Assembly (NCBI RefSeq): GCF_009914755.1
Contig: NC_060931.1
Origin: the human T2T-CHM13v2.0 reference genome, Homo sapiens
Reading direction: 5' to 3' (one strand)
Length of the DNA stretch: 64,000 nucleotides
Shown here in pieces: positions 1 to 13,760 of the stretch. The notes beneath the pieces are model-generated. The model saw nothing but the letters and a program-made list of their open reading frames with translations. It was not told the origin of the DNA and searched no databases. How positions within the stretch are numbered: the first letter of the stretch is position 1; each line of letters opens with the position of its first letter. The translations under genes and the position numbers were made by a program.

Positions 1-519
1 TCCTGGTGTTGCTAACAAATAGAACACTTGATCGCCTATCTCATGGTGGTGATTCTGGCATTTGGAATGGGGCAGAGGGAACCCTGCCTTTTGCTGATCA
101 GAGAGAGGGCCCAGTGGGAGGTGGTGTGATCTGGCTAAGATAGTGGAGGGTTTCTCCAAGCCCTCTTCCTGGGCAGGTACTTGGTAGAGTCCTAGGATTC
201 TTTTCCCTGGGTTTATGCTAATCAAGTTCCAGGATAGGTACAGGCACAGAATAGATGCTAACCATCACAGTGACCCCCAAGGGGGATAGGGAAGGACAGC
301 AAACTAACTTTGCAAATGGGTTCTATGTGAAAGTGACAGAGGGAAGGTGAACTGGGCAATTGAGGAATGGTCTTGGATGTCATGGGGAAGAAGCTGAAGT
401 CAGAAAGACCTTGTGCTACCATGGGAATGGATACGGAGATGAACAGTGAACTCAGATTTACTGAATGCCTACTCTGTGCTAGGTTACCTTCCATTTGATA
501 CCTCTTATTCCCTACTCTA

Positions 520-730
520 GGATGTAGGTCAAAAGCACAAAACTTAAGAGCCAGAAATTAGTTAGGTTTGAGTCCTGGGCACTTATTTGTATTAGCTCTA
601 TACATTTCAATCGATCAATCAATCAATCAGCTTTTCTGCACCTTAGTTACTTCATCCTTAAAACAAGGGTAAAATCACCTGCTCTGTATTACCAACAGGG
701 CTTTGTGAGAATCAAATAAGATACTGACTG
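520..730 (+). mobile_element. MIR SINE
   Basis: ggtttgagtcctggg...ccttagttacttcatccttaaaacaagggtaaaatcacct...ttgtgagaatcaaataagat matches the MIR core. Confidence 0.65.
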
Positions 731-786
731 TGCTAGGAAGAGCCTTTGGCTTCCATGTTACATGGTGAGGTGGGGCATGGCCTTAC

Positions 787-884
787 CTTCAGGTCGGCAG
801 AGGCAGCAGCTTCAGGCAGTGAGACTTCTATAATTTGCCTTCCAGGTATGTAGAGCCCAGTACTCATCCAGCAATATCTGGTGC
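787..884 (-). CDS. TCAF1: TCAF1 third coding exon (98 nt; (G)[32 protein letters not shown]), start of the peptidase M60-like region
   Basis: Minus-strand acceptor ctgcttttggcag| at 885/884 and donor AAG|gtaagg at 787/786. Phase matches the preceding exon (G+GC=Gly). Lies inside ORF 733..942. Confidence 0.93.
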
Positions 885-1172
885 CTGCCAAAAGCAGGAG
901 GGGTAGGCAGACTTTATCCCTCCTCCATGATGCCACCTCCACCCAGCATCACCAGAGACCCTTCGTAAGCACGTATCTTCCCCTACATGCTGCCTTGACT
1001 CAACTCTTCCAAACAGTACTTAAAATCCCAACCCTTATCTTCTTCAAAGTTCATGGTAAAAAATGGAGACCACCTTCTGGACATGATCGGGTCCCTGAAA
1101 TGGACTGCTGATGTCAGCCTGTCCCCATTCCCCCATTCCCATAATACTGAGCTTCCAACCCTTGTTCCTTAC

Positions 1173-2167
1173 CTGGATTGGTGCAGTTGACCTCGACGGT
1201 GATAGGAGATTCTGAGGGGCGCAGATAGGGGCTGCTGTACATATCTTCAATTTCTGGGACTAACAGAGAGAGGTCGCTTCCAGAGTGGGCCAGCCCTGTG
1301 GCCAGGGAAAGCATAGCACCTCTGCAGCAGTCATTGATAACAGGGTTCTCTCGGGTTGCTACTGGAAGCCGATATCGACTTAGCAGCTTCCTCAGGAGTC
1401 GATGCACAGACATGTAGGCAGGGATCTCTTCTGCGGGAATCTGCAGGAAAGCTGCACCATCTGGTCCCAGCTTTGCCAACCAGCCCTTTTCCACATTTCC
1501 TCTCTTCCTGCCCATTATAACCTGGAACTCGGCCAAGGTGGAGCGGAAGTGATAGGTCCTTATCCCTGCTTTAGGAGTACGAAAGGGCCCTGGATTGAGG
1601 CTTTGGCTTGTAATGCTGATGCCAAAGGGGTTGAGGAGGAGGTTTCCTGGGAATCGAGCCAAAGGGGACACTCCGGGGTTCTTGAAGGCCCACCACCAGG
1701 CTTGGGCTCCAACAAATAGCCCGCCACCCTCTGCTACAAACTCCTGCAGTTCCTTGACCCCCACTTCACTCACGGGTTCAAAGCAGTAGACACTTGCATC
1801 ACTGGTCAGATTGGGCTCGATGCTGGTGTCTATGCCCCCCACTGCGAGGAGGCCACTCAGGGTTCTCAGCTCTGTCTGCACCACAATCTTGCCTCTGCGG
1901 CCCCCATCCAGCCAGCGGACAGCATTGAGCAGAAAGGGGCCCAGTTTACCAACAGTGAATAATACCTTATGGCCAGTCACAACCACCCGGCCCCGGCCAT
2001 AGCGGGCAGCCGCTATAACACAGCCATGGTAGGAATCTAACCCTAGAGGAAAGGCTAAAGCCCCATGCACTAGCAGCTGGGATGGGAAACAATCCGAGTT
2101 GCTGATGTCCAGCTCTGAAATCCCATGCAGAAGCTCTTCTCTGTCGTCGGAGAGGTCATCTTCACAA
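1173..2167 (-). CDS. TCAF1: TCAF1 second coding exon (995 nt; (S)[15 protein letters not shown]...VEVNCTNP(G))
   Basis: Inside ORF 1114..2238. Acceptor gtgtcttttgcag| at 2168/2167, donor CAG|gtaagg at 1173/1172. Phase-2 join AG+T=Ser with the upstream exon. Confidence 0.95.
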
Positions 2168-2974
2168 CTGCAAAAGACACATGCATTCTTTATTAGAGGT
2201 ACAGTTCTATATAAAGCTGTTAGAACAGTGGATGGCATACAGTGAGCGCTATAGATGTGTTAGCTTTGCTAATATTGTTATTTTTAGTTCTTAGGGGAAA
2301 GTTGGGAGAACAAAATGGACAGCTCTGACCTCACTGGGTATGGAGACTTGTTGGAGGGGTGGCAGAGGGACTCAGCATTAATTCTGCTCTGCTCATTCTT
2401 AGAGCACAAATTCTCCAATGGAAATTGCAAAGGGAGCCCTGCTGTGTTTATCCAGTACCATGTCTTAAATACTCCAGATTTTAGTTCATGGTTATTTCAA
2501 CCCTCTAAACAATACATATAAAAAAATGGGAAATCATGTTCTTTTTTCCTTATAAGGAGTCTTATTTATAAATTGCAGGAAATTGCAGCTAATTTCCTAC
2601 AAATAAAGTCTGTGGAAGGACAAGTCAGTAGTGCTAGTGAAGAATCATTATTATCTCAAAAGGTGGGGTAGGGGAACTGACTGGCCTCAACTCTAGTGAG
2701 ACCCTCTGGTTACCTGAGCCCAAGAGGACTTTACTGTCTGCATCTAGAACTCCACTTTTTCACTGCCTGCCCAACAGGAGTGATGCACATCCATGCTGTA
2801 AGGTTTTGCTCAGCACCATCTGTTTACTGTCTGTGGGTAATCCAGCCCTAGAAGCCCTCAAGACGCCCATAAATCCAAAATGAGATGGAACACTGGATAA
2901 GGTGGAGTTAAGGAATAGAGTGGCCTCTCTGAGCTTGAGATTCCAGAGTTGGTTCTGTCACTTTTGTTAGGTAA

Positions 2975-3017
2975 AGTATAGTAGGATGCAGCTACTATAG
3001 TATAGTAGGATGCAGCT
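2975..3017. repeat. Short tandem duplication (agtatagtaggatgcagct x2, period 24)
   Basis: Read directly. Confidence 0.85.
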
Positions 3018-3534
3018 GTAAGATAACACCAAAAAATGGGGGTCAGGTAGACAACAAATTTGCAGTGTTCGTGCTGTACTCTCTATGGCTGGCAGAGCTC
3101 TACTGATGGGAAAGCTATGGTCCTCTTAGCAAGTATGAACCTTTACTAAAGATAAAGCTACCACCATACTAATTGGTGGATGACTCTCTAACTCGGTAAA
3201 GAACTATCATTAACATCATTCAACTATCTCTTCTTGCTCTGATTCGAGGCTTACCAAACAACTCTGTGATTGTAATACTGCTTTCCATGATCACCTGCCT
3301 AATGAGAGAAAGAAGTCACTGGCTAGGCCAACCAGAATATTCTAGATTTGTAACATTTATTTATTTTATTCAAGCAACATTTTGGATAGTCTGTATTTAA
3401 TTTGGTGACTCTTAAAATTTTTTAAAATTCATTTTCAATTGTAGTCCTTTAAACATGTATACAAAATTTAATGAAAAATGTGTTTTAGTTCTTATAATTA
3501 GAGTTCTGTTTATAATTTTTTTCTCTTTTATTTT

Positions 3535-3666
3535 TGATTTTTTAATTTAATGGAGAAGGGGGGGGTCTCACTATGTTGCTCAGGTTGGTCTTGAACTCCT
3601 GGGCTCAAGCAATCCTCCTGCCTCGGCCTCCCAAAGTGCTGGGATTATAGGCCATGGCACCTGGCC
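3535..3666 (-). mobile_element. FLAM/AluJ left monomer
   Basis: gtctcactatgttgctcagg...ctcctgggctcaagcaatcctcctgcctcggcctcccaaagtgctgggatt. Confidence 0.85.
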
Positions 3667-4043
3667 TTGTTTACGAAGTTCATGCAATTATTTTTTTTTA
3701 AGAGTAAAATCAGTGAAGAGGTGGGCTACTGTGCTCTAAGTGAATACATCAGCTTCAGGATTTCTACATGAGCCTACTGATGAGAGAAATTAAACCTACA
3801 AAGCTGAGATTCAGACACTGAGTTATTAGAACTTCATCTGAACAATGAGACTACATGAGGTCTTGCTCAGTGCTTAGCCAGGGGGCACCCTCGGAGGCAT
3901 CTGTCTATTAGTTCCAACAGCCACGATTTATATACAGTAGGGGCTAAGTAATTCTTTCATGTGTTGAAAAAATGAGTTGGATTTTACTTCTCTTCCTTAC
4001 CCTCTTCTGAAGTGAAACAAAAGTTACTTAAAAAAATAAATCC

Positions 4044-4221
4044 TGGTGAAACCCTGTCTCTACAAAAATACAAAAATTAGCGGGGCATGATGGCGGGTGC
4101 CTATAATCCCAGCTATTCAGGAGGCTGAGGCAGGAGAATTGCTTGAACCTGGGAGGCAGAGGTTGCAGTGAGCTGAGATCATGCCAATGCACTCTAGCCT
4201 GGGCGACAGAGTGAAACTCAG
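4044..4221 (+). mobile_element. AluS fragment, 5'-truncated and tail-less
   Basis: tggtgaaaccctgtctctac...gggcgacagagtgaaactcag, flanked by TAAATCC on both sides. Confidence 0.9.
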
Positions 4222-4673
4222 TAAATCCATAATAGCATTGGATTTTGAGAAGGGTGCCATCAACAAACTGAGATAGTGGGGACATTTATAAAAAATATAA
4301 ATCAAATGGTATCTGATTGATTGGAAAGCCATGAGAACAGAAGAATCTAACTGCGTACATGTGAAAGAGAAGATCAGGGGAACAAAGGACCAAAGATTAT
4401 CATTTGTCCCAAGAAAATGCTCTGCAGTAACCAATAATGATCAACCTAGGATTTAAATGTAATTTAAAATGTAAATAGACAAGAACCACCAAATATCTGA
4501 CGAAAATTAACAGCATGAAAGAGAAGCACCCAACTAAACTCCCAAGGGAACAATAGCAACAAATGGAGAAGAACGTTCTAAGTAGGTATTGCATATCATC
4601 AGAAAGTTCTAAGAAGATATATTACCTCTCTCGTGAAAAAATGGGACAGGCTACTCTAAAAGATTATTGATTA

Positions 4674-4913
4674 GGCTGGGCGTGGTGGCTCACGCCTGTA
4701 ATCCCAGCACTTTGGGAGGCCAAGGTGGGCGGATCACGAGGTCAGGAGATCGAGACCATCCTGGCTGACACTGTGAAACCCCATCTACTAAAAATACAAA
4801 AAATTAGCCAGGCGTGGTGGTGGGCGCCTGTAGTCCCAGCTACTCGGGAGGCTGAGGCAGCAGAATGGCATGAACCTGGGAGGTGGAGCTGGCAGTGAGC
4901 TGAGACTGTCCCA
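4674..4913 (+). mobile_element. AluY-like element, 3'-truncated
   Basis: gagatcgagaccatcctggc and gaatggcatgaacc diagnostics; stops abruptly at gagactgtccca. Confidence 0.88.
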
Positions 4914-5560
4914 CACACAACCGCAGGCAACTACTGATGTGCTTTCTATCCATAAACATTTTTCTTTTCTAAAGCTTCATATAATGTAATCATAAAGTAT
5001 GTACTCCTTTGAGTTTGGCTTCTTTCACTCAGAATAACTTTGTGAGAACCATCCATACTGTGGCATCTATCCGTAATGCATCGTCTTCTACAGCTGTGTA
5101 TTATGCCATTCTGGAGATAGGCTACACTTTGTTTATCCTGTCATCTGTTGATGGACATTTGGGTAGTCTTTGGTTTGGGCTTGCTGCCCTAAACATTAAT
5201 GTACAAGTTTTTGTGTGGACATGTTTTCCTTTCTCTTGGATAAAGGGTGATGAAATGGCAAAATTGTATGTTAATTGTCAGTTAACTTTATAAGAAATTG
5301 CCAAACCGTCTTCCAAAGTGGTTGTGTCATTTTATATTCCCACTGGCAATGTATAAAACCACATTCTTGTCAGCAATTCATATAGCGAGTCTTTAATTTT
5401 AGCCATTTTTATGGGGCCATAGGGCATTTCATTGTGATTTTAGTTTTTTGCATTTCTCTGATGACTAATGATAGTGAGAATCATTTGGGCTTTTTGGCCT
5501 TTTATATTTTATCTTTTGTGAAGTGTGTTAAACTATTTTGGCTTAAAAAAAAAAAAAACT

Positions 5561-5840
5561 TGCAGGGTGTGGTATCTCATGCCTATAATCCCAGCACTTC
5601 GGGAGGCCAAGGCAGGACTGCTTGAGCCCAGGAGTCTGAGAACAGCCTGGGCAACATGGCAAGACTCCATCTCTACAAAAAATTTTAAAAATGGCCAGGT
5701 GTGGTGGCGTGCACCTGTAGTCCTGGCTACTCAGGAGGCTGAGGAGGAAGGATTGCTTGAGTGCCATGTTCGTGCCACTGTACTTCAGCCTGAGACAGAA
5801 AGGGAGACCCTGTCTCAAAAAACAAAACAAAAACAAAGAA
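5561..5840 (+). mobile_element. AluJ with an internal deletion in the right arm
   Basis: cttgagcccaggag diagnostic; A-rich tail. Confidence 0.88.
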
Positions 5841-7364
5841 ACATAGGTGGTCTCATTATTGGAATATAAGAGTTCTCCATGTATTCTGAATGCAAGTCCA
5901 TTGTCAGATATAAGTATTGCAAATATTTTTTTTTCCAGTCTATGGCTTGCCTTTTTGTTTCCTTAATACTGTCTATTGAACTGCAGAGCTATTTACTTTT
6001 TAAAAATAAAGCTCAATTTATTAATCTTTTCCTTTTATGGTTCATGTACTTTTTGTGTCCTATGTAGGCAAAAATTGCAAAGGTCAAGGTCACAGATATT
6101 TTCTCCTATGCTTTCATTTAGAAGTTTTTAAAATTTAGCTTTTGCATTTAGGTCTAGATCTATTTTTAAATATTTGCTTTTATGGAGTAGGGTGAGGGTC
6201 ACAATTCACCTTTTCTCCATAAGGGTATCCAGTTGTTCCAGAACCATATGTTGGAAAGACTGTAATTTCCTCATAGAATTACCTGAGCAACTCTGTCAAA
6301 AAACAATTTACCATAAATTTGTGGGTCTATCTCTAAACTATCTGGTCTGTTTCATTGATCTGCATGTCTATCTTTATGCCAATATCAAAGTGTTTTGACT
6401 ACTTCATTTCTGTAAAAAGTCTTAAAACTAGCCTATGTTAGTTCCATTTCATTTGTATATTTTTAGAATCGGTTTGAACTATGGACTGCATTAAATCTGT
6501 AGGTTAATGGGGAAACTGACATCTTAAAATATCAAGTGTTCTGATCCATCAACATGGTATATTTCTCCATTTCTTTAGGTTTTATTTAATTTCTCTCAGA
6601 GATGTTTTGTAGTTTTCACCATACAGGTCTCATGACATATTTTGTTAAATTTAACACTTACTACTTCATAATTTGGGTTCTATTTTAAATGTTGTATTTT
6701 AAAATTGTAATTACCAATTGCTGGTTGCTAATATATTAAAAAAGTAATTGGGTTTTGTAAATTGAATTTTGTATCTTACAACCTTGTTAAAATTAATTAT
6801 TATAGCTTTACTGTAGATATTTTAGGATTTTTTTTTACATAGATGATCATGCTTTTTGCAAATACTTCTAAAAATAAAATAATTCCATTCTAGGAAATGC
6901 TCTAACTTTATGTTTAAATGGATCTTGTCATTTAAAAATCTTCTAAATGTGTAAAATACTTTTTTCTTTTAAATTTGTTTTCCAACACCAAGATTCAAAC
7001 ATTTCCTGTCTTTTGGCTCAGTGTTCTAGAAAAACAAAACACACATATATATATTTTTTTAAATTTCCAATCTCTATGCCTTATTTTCCTTGCCTTATTA
7101 CACTGGGTAGGACCTGTAGCACAATGTTGAATAGAAGAGGTGAGAGCAGGTATTATTCCTTGTCATGTTCTCAGTCTTAGGGGAAAATGTTCAGTATTCA
7201 CCTTTAAGAATATTTTTAACTATATATTTTTCGTAGACATTTTTATCAGGTTGAAGCAGTTCCTTTTTATTTCTCATTTGCTGAAATTTTATCATCATTT
7301 GGTATGATTTGGTATTGAATTTGGTCAATATTTTGTATGTGTATTATTGAATTATATGGTTTTT

Positions 7365-7679
7365 ATTTTTCTTTTGGTTTTTTTTTTTTTTTTTTTGAGA
7401 CAGTCTCACTCTGTTGCCCAGGCTGAGTACAGAGGCACGGTCTCAGCTCACTGCAACCTCTGCCTCCCAGGTTCAAATGATTCTCATGCCTCAGCCTCCC
7501 CAGTAGCTCGGACTACAGGCACACAACACCATGCCCAGCTAACTTTTGTATTTTAATAGAGATAGCGTTTCACTATGGTGGTCAGGCTGGTCTCAAATCA
7601 AACTCCTGATCTCAAATGATCCACTCACCTTGGCCTCCCAAAGTGCTGGGATCACAGGCATGAGCCACCATGCCCAGCC
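7365..7679 (-). mobile_element. AluS with 18-bp TSD
   Basis: Full dimer; TSD ttgaatta(t/c)atggttttt at 7347-7364 and 7680-7697. Confidence 0.92.
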
Positions 7680-9089
7680 TTGAATTACATGGTTTTTCTC
7701 ATTCATTCTATTAATATGGTGAGTTAATCTGATTACTGAATGTTAGACCAGTCATTCATCCTAGGATAGCCTTACTTGGTCATGAAGTATTCTTCTTTTT
7801 ATATATTTCCGTATTCTATTAATATTTTATTAATAATTTTTCATCTATATTCATGAAGGATATTGTTTTGTAGTTTTCTTACGATGTCCTTTTCTGGTTT
7901 CAGTATTAGAGAAATGCTGTTTTAATAAATCAAGTTGGAAGATCTTCCTTTTCTATTTTTAAAAAGAGTTTATGTAGGATTTGTATTATTTGTTCCTTGA
8001 ATGTTTGATAAAATTCATCAATGAAGCTGTCTGGGCCTGGAATTTTCTTTGCGTTGTTGATTTTAAATACAATTTCTATTTTAAAATGTAAGAAAATCGA
8101 AAACTTGCAATATAGTAAAACATGCATTATACATTTGTCAAAACTAAGAAGTCAACAGTGATCAAACACTACTAACTAAACTCCAGATTTTATATAAATA
8201 TCATCACTCTTCACACCAATGTCTTTTAGGATCCAATCCAGGATACCACATTGCATTTAGTGTTGGAATGTTTAAAATTACAATTCAATTTATTTAGCAT
8301 ATATTTCATGTTTCTTTTTGTATCCATTTTGGTAATTTTTGGCTGTCAGGAAATTTATCTATCTCATCTAAATTGTCAAATTTATTGGCATAAAGTTGTA
8401 ATATTCCCTTACTATCCTTTTAATGTCTGTAGGATCTGTACTAATATTCCTTCTTCTATTCCTGAAATCCATAATTTGTGTTATCTCTCCTATTTTCATA
8501 GCTTATCTAGAGGTTAATCACTTTTAATGATTTTTTTTCAACTAATCAGCTTTTGGTTTTACTGTTTACTTTTTTTTTTAAAGTTGTTTCACAGATTTCT
8601 GCTCTATTATTTCCTCGTTTCTTCTACAGATTTTGGGTTTAATTCAATTTCCTTTTTTAGATTCTTAATATGGAAACATAGTTCACTGAGTTTCAAATTT
8701 TCTTCCTTCCTAATAAAAGTATTTAAAGGCATATCTTTCTTAGCACTGTTTTAATAGAATTGCACAATTTTTGACATGTTATGCTTTCATTTTTATTCAG
8801 TTCTAAATATATTCTAATTTCCTTTGTAATTTCTGCTTTGACTTAAGGAGTATTTAGAAACATTTTTAAATTTACAAATATTTAGGAATTTTTCAGATAT
8901 GTTATTGAATTCTAATTTAATTCCACTGTGATGAGGACATATATGGTATGATTTCAATTCTTTTACTCTTGCTAAGGCTTATTTTATAGCACAGCAGATG
9001 GTCTATCTTCATGGTCTATCTTCATGACTATCTCATGTGCACATAAAAGAATGTGTATTCTGCTATTGTAGCCATGCTGTTAGCATTCA

Positions 9090-12000
9090 TAAAATAAAAT
9101 TAAATAAACAAATATGGAGAAAACCCCACATGGAATAAAAACAGGCCCAAATGTAAAAAGCAATTTGAATACTTTTGAATATAGTACTTGCTGGACTCTA
9201 TATGCTCAGTGTGGTGTATTCAGAAGGCAAAAATAACTTATCAAGTTTGTTATTGGCAATAGCATGGGTATAGGAATCATGAAACTCGTTTGTGTGTATT
9301 ATTGGACTGAGCAAATAGGTAAATGTTGAAGCTGTTGAAACCAGGATTCTCACTATGGCAGAAGAAAAATACTAATATGGAATGAGTGAAAGAGAAGAAG
9401 AATCCTGTGGTTTTGAAGTAAAATTGGGGGTATCAGTGTGAATGTATGATTAAAAGATATGGCTCTCTCAGAACCCAGAAATGATGACACCATAGCACTG
9501 AGCATGCTTTAGATCTTGGTTTCTAAATACCGTTCACCACTAAAAGGAACTAGCATTCCTTGAGGAAATGGCTGAATCCAGGTTTTGAACCAGAAAAGTA
9601 CAAGGTAACCTTGCAACATCTTTTTATGTCAGAAACTAAGTAAATACTAAAAAAAAACTGATGGGCTCAGGAGACAGCTTAACGAGGCTTTAACTTGCCA
9701 AATTTGGGACAACTTAGCCTTCAAAAAATACTGACTATAAATGGATTGTAATGTATTCGATCTTAAAAGAAAAGGATCCATGAGTATAGGGTGATACTAA
9801 AACAAACGTTTAAAAAGAAGAACAACCCTAACAGTAAATGTGAAGGTGGGGAAGCGAAGGTCTTATTTACCAAAGGATGTCAATCAGTTCTTATAGAAAT
9901 CTACAAGTAAACCAACACTTAGCCTGAGGTAAGTGCTAAGATGTTAGGTTAGTATGGGAGCACAAAAGACTCATCTATATCAGAATGAGAGGAGAGGAGT
10001 AAGGGACAGCTTTCTAAAGATGTGATACCTGAGATGAATTTTGAAGAAAGGTTCAGAAGTGGCTGAAGTGGTAGAAGTAGCCACTTTCATAAATATTTAC
10101 TCAGGCACAGATCACCAATGAAAGCTAAAACCACTGGGTGAAAGGTTGTTGGCAAACAGGATATTCATACAGATCTCAAATTGTCACACACTAAATTAGT
10201 TTTAAAAAAGGGGGAAAGGAATAAAATAAGTAGAAATAAAATATAATAAATAAAATCAGTAAAATAGGAAAATCTGGCAAACTCCAGTTTAATTAAATGA
10301 CCAATTTTAACATCACCAGTAATTGGACAAACTGACCTCATGCACCTTTAATTTGTGACACTGTGATGAAAACAACATAAATTATTTTCTTGCCAAAAAT
10401 GTGTGAACTGAGTGTAATCATGAAAAAAAAAACAATTAGACAAAGCCAAACTGAAGGGCATTCCATAAAACAACGGGACTGCATACTTCAAAAATACTAA
10501 TGTCCTGAAAGATTTAAAAAAAAGCTAGGGAACTATTTTGATTAAAGGAGACTAAAGAAATATGATATGGAAACTTGATTAGATCCTATATCTTAAAAAA
10601 TCTAAAAAAGGGATTTTTTTGAACAATTAGAGACGTTTGAACATGGACATTAGATAACAACATTCTATCAATGTTACATGTTTTGAGTGAGATAACTGTA
10701 TTGTGGTTATATGGGAAAATGTCCTTGTTAGGAGATACAGGCTGAAGTATTCAGGTATGAAGTGTCATATCCATCACCTGCCTCCTTCATTCTTGAGATC
10801 TGTAGGTTACTCTCAAATGGCTAGGCCAAATAATCTCTTCGTATGTATACTTATGCAGCATATGTGGCAAAATGTAACCACTGGTGAATCTAGGTAAAGG
10901 GTGCGGTGATTATTATGTTATTCTGACAACTTTTCCTTAAGTGTGAAAAATTTGAAAGAAAGAGCTGGGAAAAATTAAAGGTAGCTATAATAATGATACA
11001 AAAATTGTGTATAACTTCTAAACAGAGAGAAGGGGAAAAGAAACTCCATCAATCAAGCTAAAGGCAGCAAAGGAAAATTTGAAAAGAAGCAACGAGACTG
11101 TTTAACAAAGAACATCAAATAAGATGATGGAACTAGAAGAAAAACACCAATGTCCTTAATTATATAAAAACATCAATGTCCTTAATTATATAAATTTTTA
11201 ACCCTCAATTGGGTTAAAAAATCAGATTTGTACTAAGAGATGTATCTTTAAAAGCAAAAGAAAGAATAAAAAGATCAACAAGTAAAACAAAGTAGGAGTC
11301 AGAATTAATATTAGACAAAATAAAGGTGAAAAATACTAAATGCAAGAAATAATATTTTAGATGACAAAAATGTATGAGCCATAAAAAAGTCATGAGTTTT
11401 TATAAACCTAAAATATAGCTTTGAAATATATAAAGCAAAAGCCAAATTCAATTCTAAAATCACACTGAGAGTATGAAACAATTGTGATATACATCTCTAT
11501 ACTTATCCTTTAGACCAATATATAATATAAATATATTATTTATATTTCCATGACTTAACTGATTATATAATCAGTTGATCTAAAGGGTAAGTACAGATAT
11601 AGGTACATAACAGATGACACTTATGGAATCCTCTTGAAAATGATATGGTTTTTGACATTTTGTTAGGACAGAAAAATAGTGATAATTTTAAAAATGGGAT
11701 AACAGTATTGTGACTACATTTAAAATTTTGTCTTTATCTTTTGGAGATATACTATTTTATGGGTGAAATGACACACTGTTGGAGATTGGCTTCAAAACAA
11801 ACGGGAAAGGTTAAGGAGTGGGTGGGGTGTGATTTGATACCATTACCTGGGTGATGAGTACATGTGCTCATTGTTCTATTTCTATTTCTGTTACGTGTTT
11901 GAAAATTTCCAAAATAAGATGTTTCTAAACGGAAATTACCAAGTCTTTAAAATGAAGAGGTGTATGTCAAGCTTAGGGGTGGTAGCGAAAAGATAGTCAT

Positions 12001-12430
12001 TGTATTATTATTTATAAGAAAAAATAGAAATAACATTAATGTGCTAATAGGCAAATGGTTAAATGAATTTCAGGACAATCCAACTGAATGCAAGATGCTC
12101 TTCAAAAGGATGATGCCCATCTTTTTACAGGGATATGAAAAAAACGCTCAGGATATAGTCAGTGAAAGAGCAAGTTGCAGATCTCTCTCTTTTTCTCTGT
12201 GTCTCTTTCTACCAGTCCAGCTCTCCCAACTCTAACCCCAATACATAAATGTAGGAAAAACATCAGACAAGATACCATCCAAACCATTAGCAGTGATCAT
12301 TTCTTTGGAAGGGGGGAAGAAAAGAATTAGCGAGAGGCAGAGGATGAGGTGGAGGACAAAGATCTTTCACTTTTTACTTCGTATGCTTCTGAATTATTTT
12401 ACTTTTTTCCCAAGAAGCACATATTTTAAA
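9090..12430 (+). mobile_element. Fragmented old L1MC/L1ME 3' regions
   Basis: Motifs such as ttagacaaagccaaactgaagggcattc, gaaaatgtccttgttaggagatacaggctgaagtatt, agtgaaagagcaagttgcag. Confidence 0.6.
11141..11192. repeat. 26-bp tandem duplication
   Basis: aaaaca(c/t)caatgtccttaattatata x2. Confidence 0.9.
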
Positions 12431-12689
12431 ATTAAAAAGGAAAAATGTTCATTAAAAGGAAAAGAAAACAATTGTGATTTGGCAATCTCTCTTATAAAAC
12501 AGCATATTTTGCCACTTGTACTCACTCTCTAAAAAGTTCTATTTTGTGAAAATCAGTTAAAACAATTTTAGTATATATGGCTAAGCATATAGTAAGAAGT
12601 ACAAAGCAGGAGTTAGGTAAATACATTCACCCCACCATGCCTGGGCATTGATTCTGACCTAAAACCTATAATTAGGATTCTATATATGC

Positions 12690-13030
12690 CTAACATATAA
12701 CCAGCAATAACCAGCAACGACCTCCAAGGATGTGCAAGATCCTTATTATAAATAAACTTACAACCAAGTCTCTTTTGTGTCTAATATCCCTTCACCATTT
12801 TTCAAACTGAAGGGGGCATGGATAGCATCAATTTATAAGGCTGGTCAATTCAGGTTTCGTGAGGGTATTTTCAAACCAAATTTATGGGAGCATTTGGGCA
12901 TTTAGAGTATGACCATTTGTACGGCGTTCTTTTCTATGCATCTCTGATGACTTTGTGAACATACAGAGATCACTGTAGACTGAAAAATGTCCTACAAGGG
13001 ACAGTAGGAGCTTCTATGCCACCACTTTCC
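12690..13030. mobile_element. Possible ancient hAT-type DNA transposon fragment (Arthur1/MER69-like)
   Basis: Resemblance from recall only. Confidence 0.3.
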
Positions 13031-13624
13031 TTTAGAGAGAAAAAGAGAATTGAAAGGACATGCTAGTGCCACACTGTGCCATTACTGGTTATAGATCCCA
13101 GGTTTCCAGGTTTTATGAACAATGATAGCATAACCCTCTTCCTACAACAGTTACTTGGTTTTTGACTTTTGTTTCCAAGTCTTGTAATTGGAGATGTTCC
13201 TGTGCCCCTAATTCTCAGATCTTTGCAAATCAGGTTCTTGAAATAAGAAATAATGCCTGGGATATATAATATGTTTAATAAACCCTGGCTAAATAAATGG
13301 ATGAATGAACAGAGAGTTTGAACTCCTTTGCAGAAGCCCAATATTTGGGCTAAAATGATACGAGTCATCTTTTTGTCCAAAAACATAGTAGACTAACTAT
13401 TCTGGTTGATCTTCCTAAAACTTCCCTAAAAGTCCCATGCCAAGGAGAAGTCATAGCTCATTCCCCATACCTTCGTAGTACCCTTGGTGTGTCGTCCTCA
13501 CCCAATCCTACCTTGCTCCATTCCCATCAGTCAGAAATATCAGTGTTGTTTGTTCTGAGAATGCTGAGAGTTTTAATATACAACATAGAGAGTGGCCTAA
13601 TGTACTTTTTCTGCTCCCGGGACT

Positions 13625-13760
13625 AATCCAGCTTATAATCCCTCTCATTCATTCATGCAGTCATGCATGCAAGAGATGTTTACTGAGCACCTACTGACCT
13701 GCTATCTGTTAGGCACTATATGTGGTGCTGGAGTGCAGTGAGAGCAAAGCAGGCAGGGCA
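13625..13760 (-). mobile_element. L2 3' end
   Basis: cattcattcat...tttactgagcacctact...aggcactat...gtgctggag. Confidence 0.7.

Larger units (their letters stand above)
4915..9080 (-). mobile_element. Old L1M (3'UTR and ORF2 remnants), fragmented and interrupted by Alus
   Basis: Antisense L1 motifs: gttgatggacatttggg, ttccaaagtggttgt, cagttgttccagaacc, atgttgaatagaagaggtgagag, ctgggcctgga. Confidence 0.8.

Noticed and set aside
1114-2238. 374-aa ORF as a stand-alone gene
   Set aside because: It is one internal TCAF1 exon read through both splice sites; the first ~23 and last ~18 residues are intronic.
4028-5869. Short ORFs with Alu-like peptides (also near 7.3, 21.9, 25.1, 40.9 and 46.1 kb)
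   Set aside because: Standard Alu translation artefacts.
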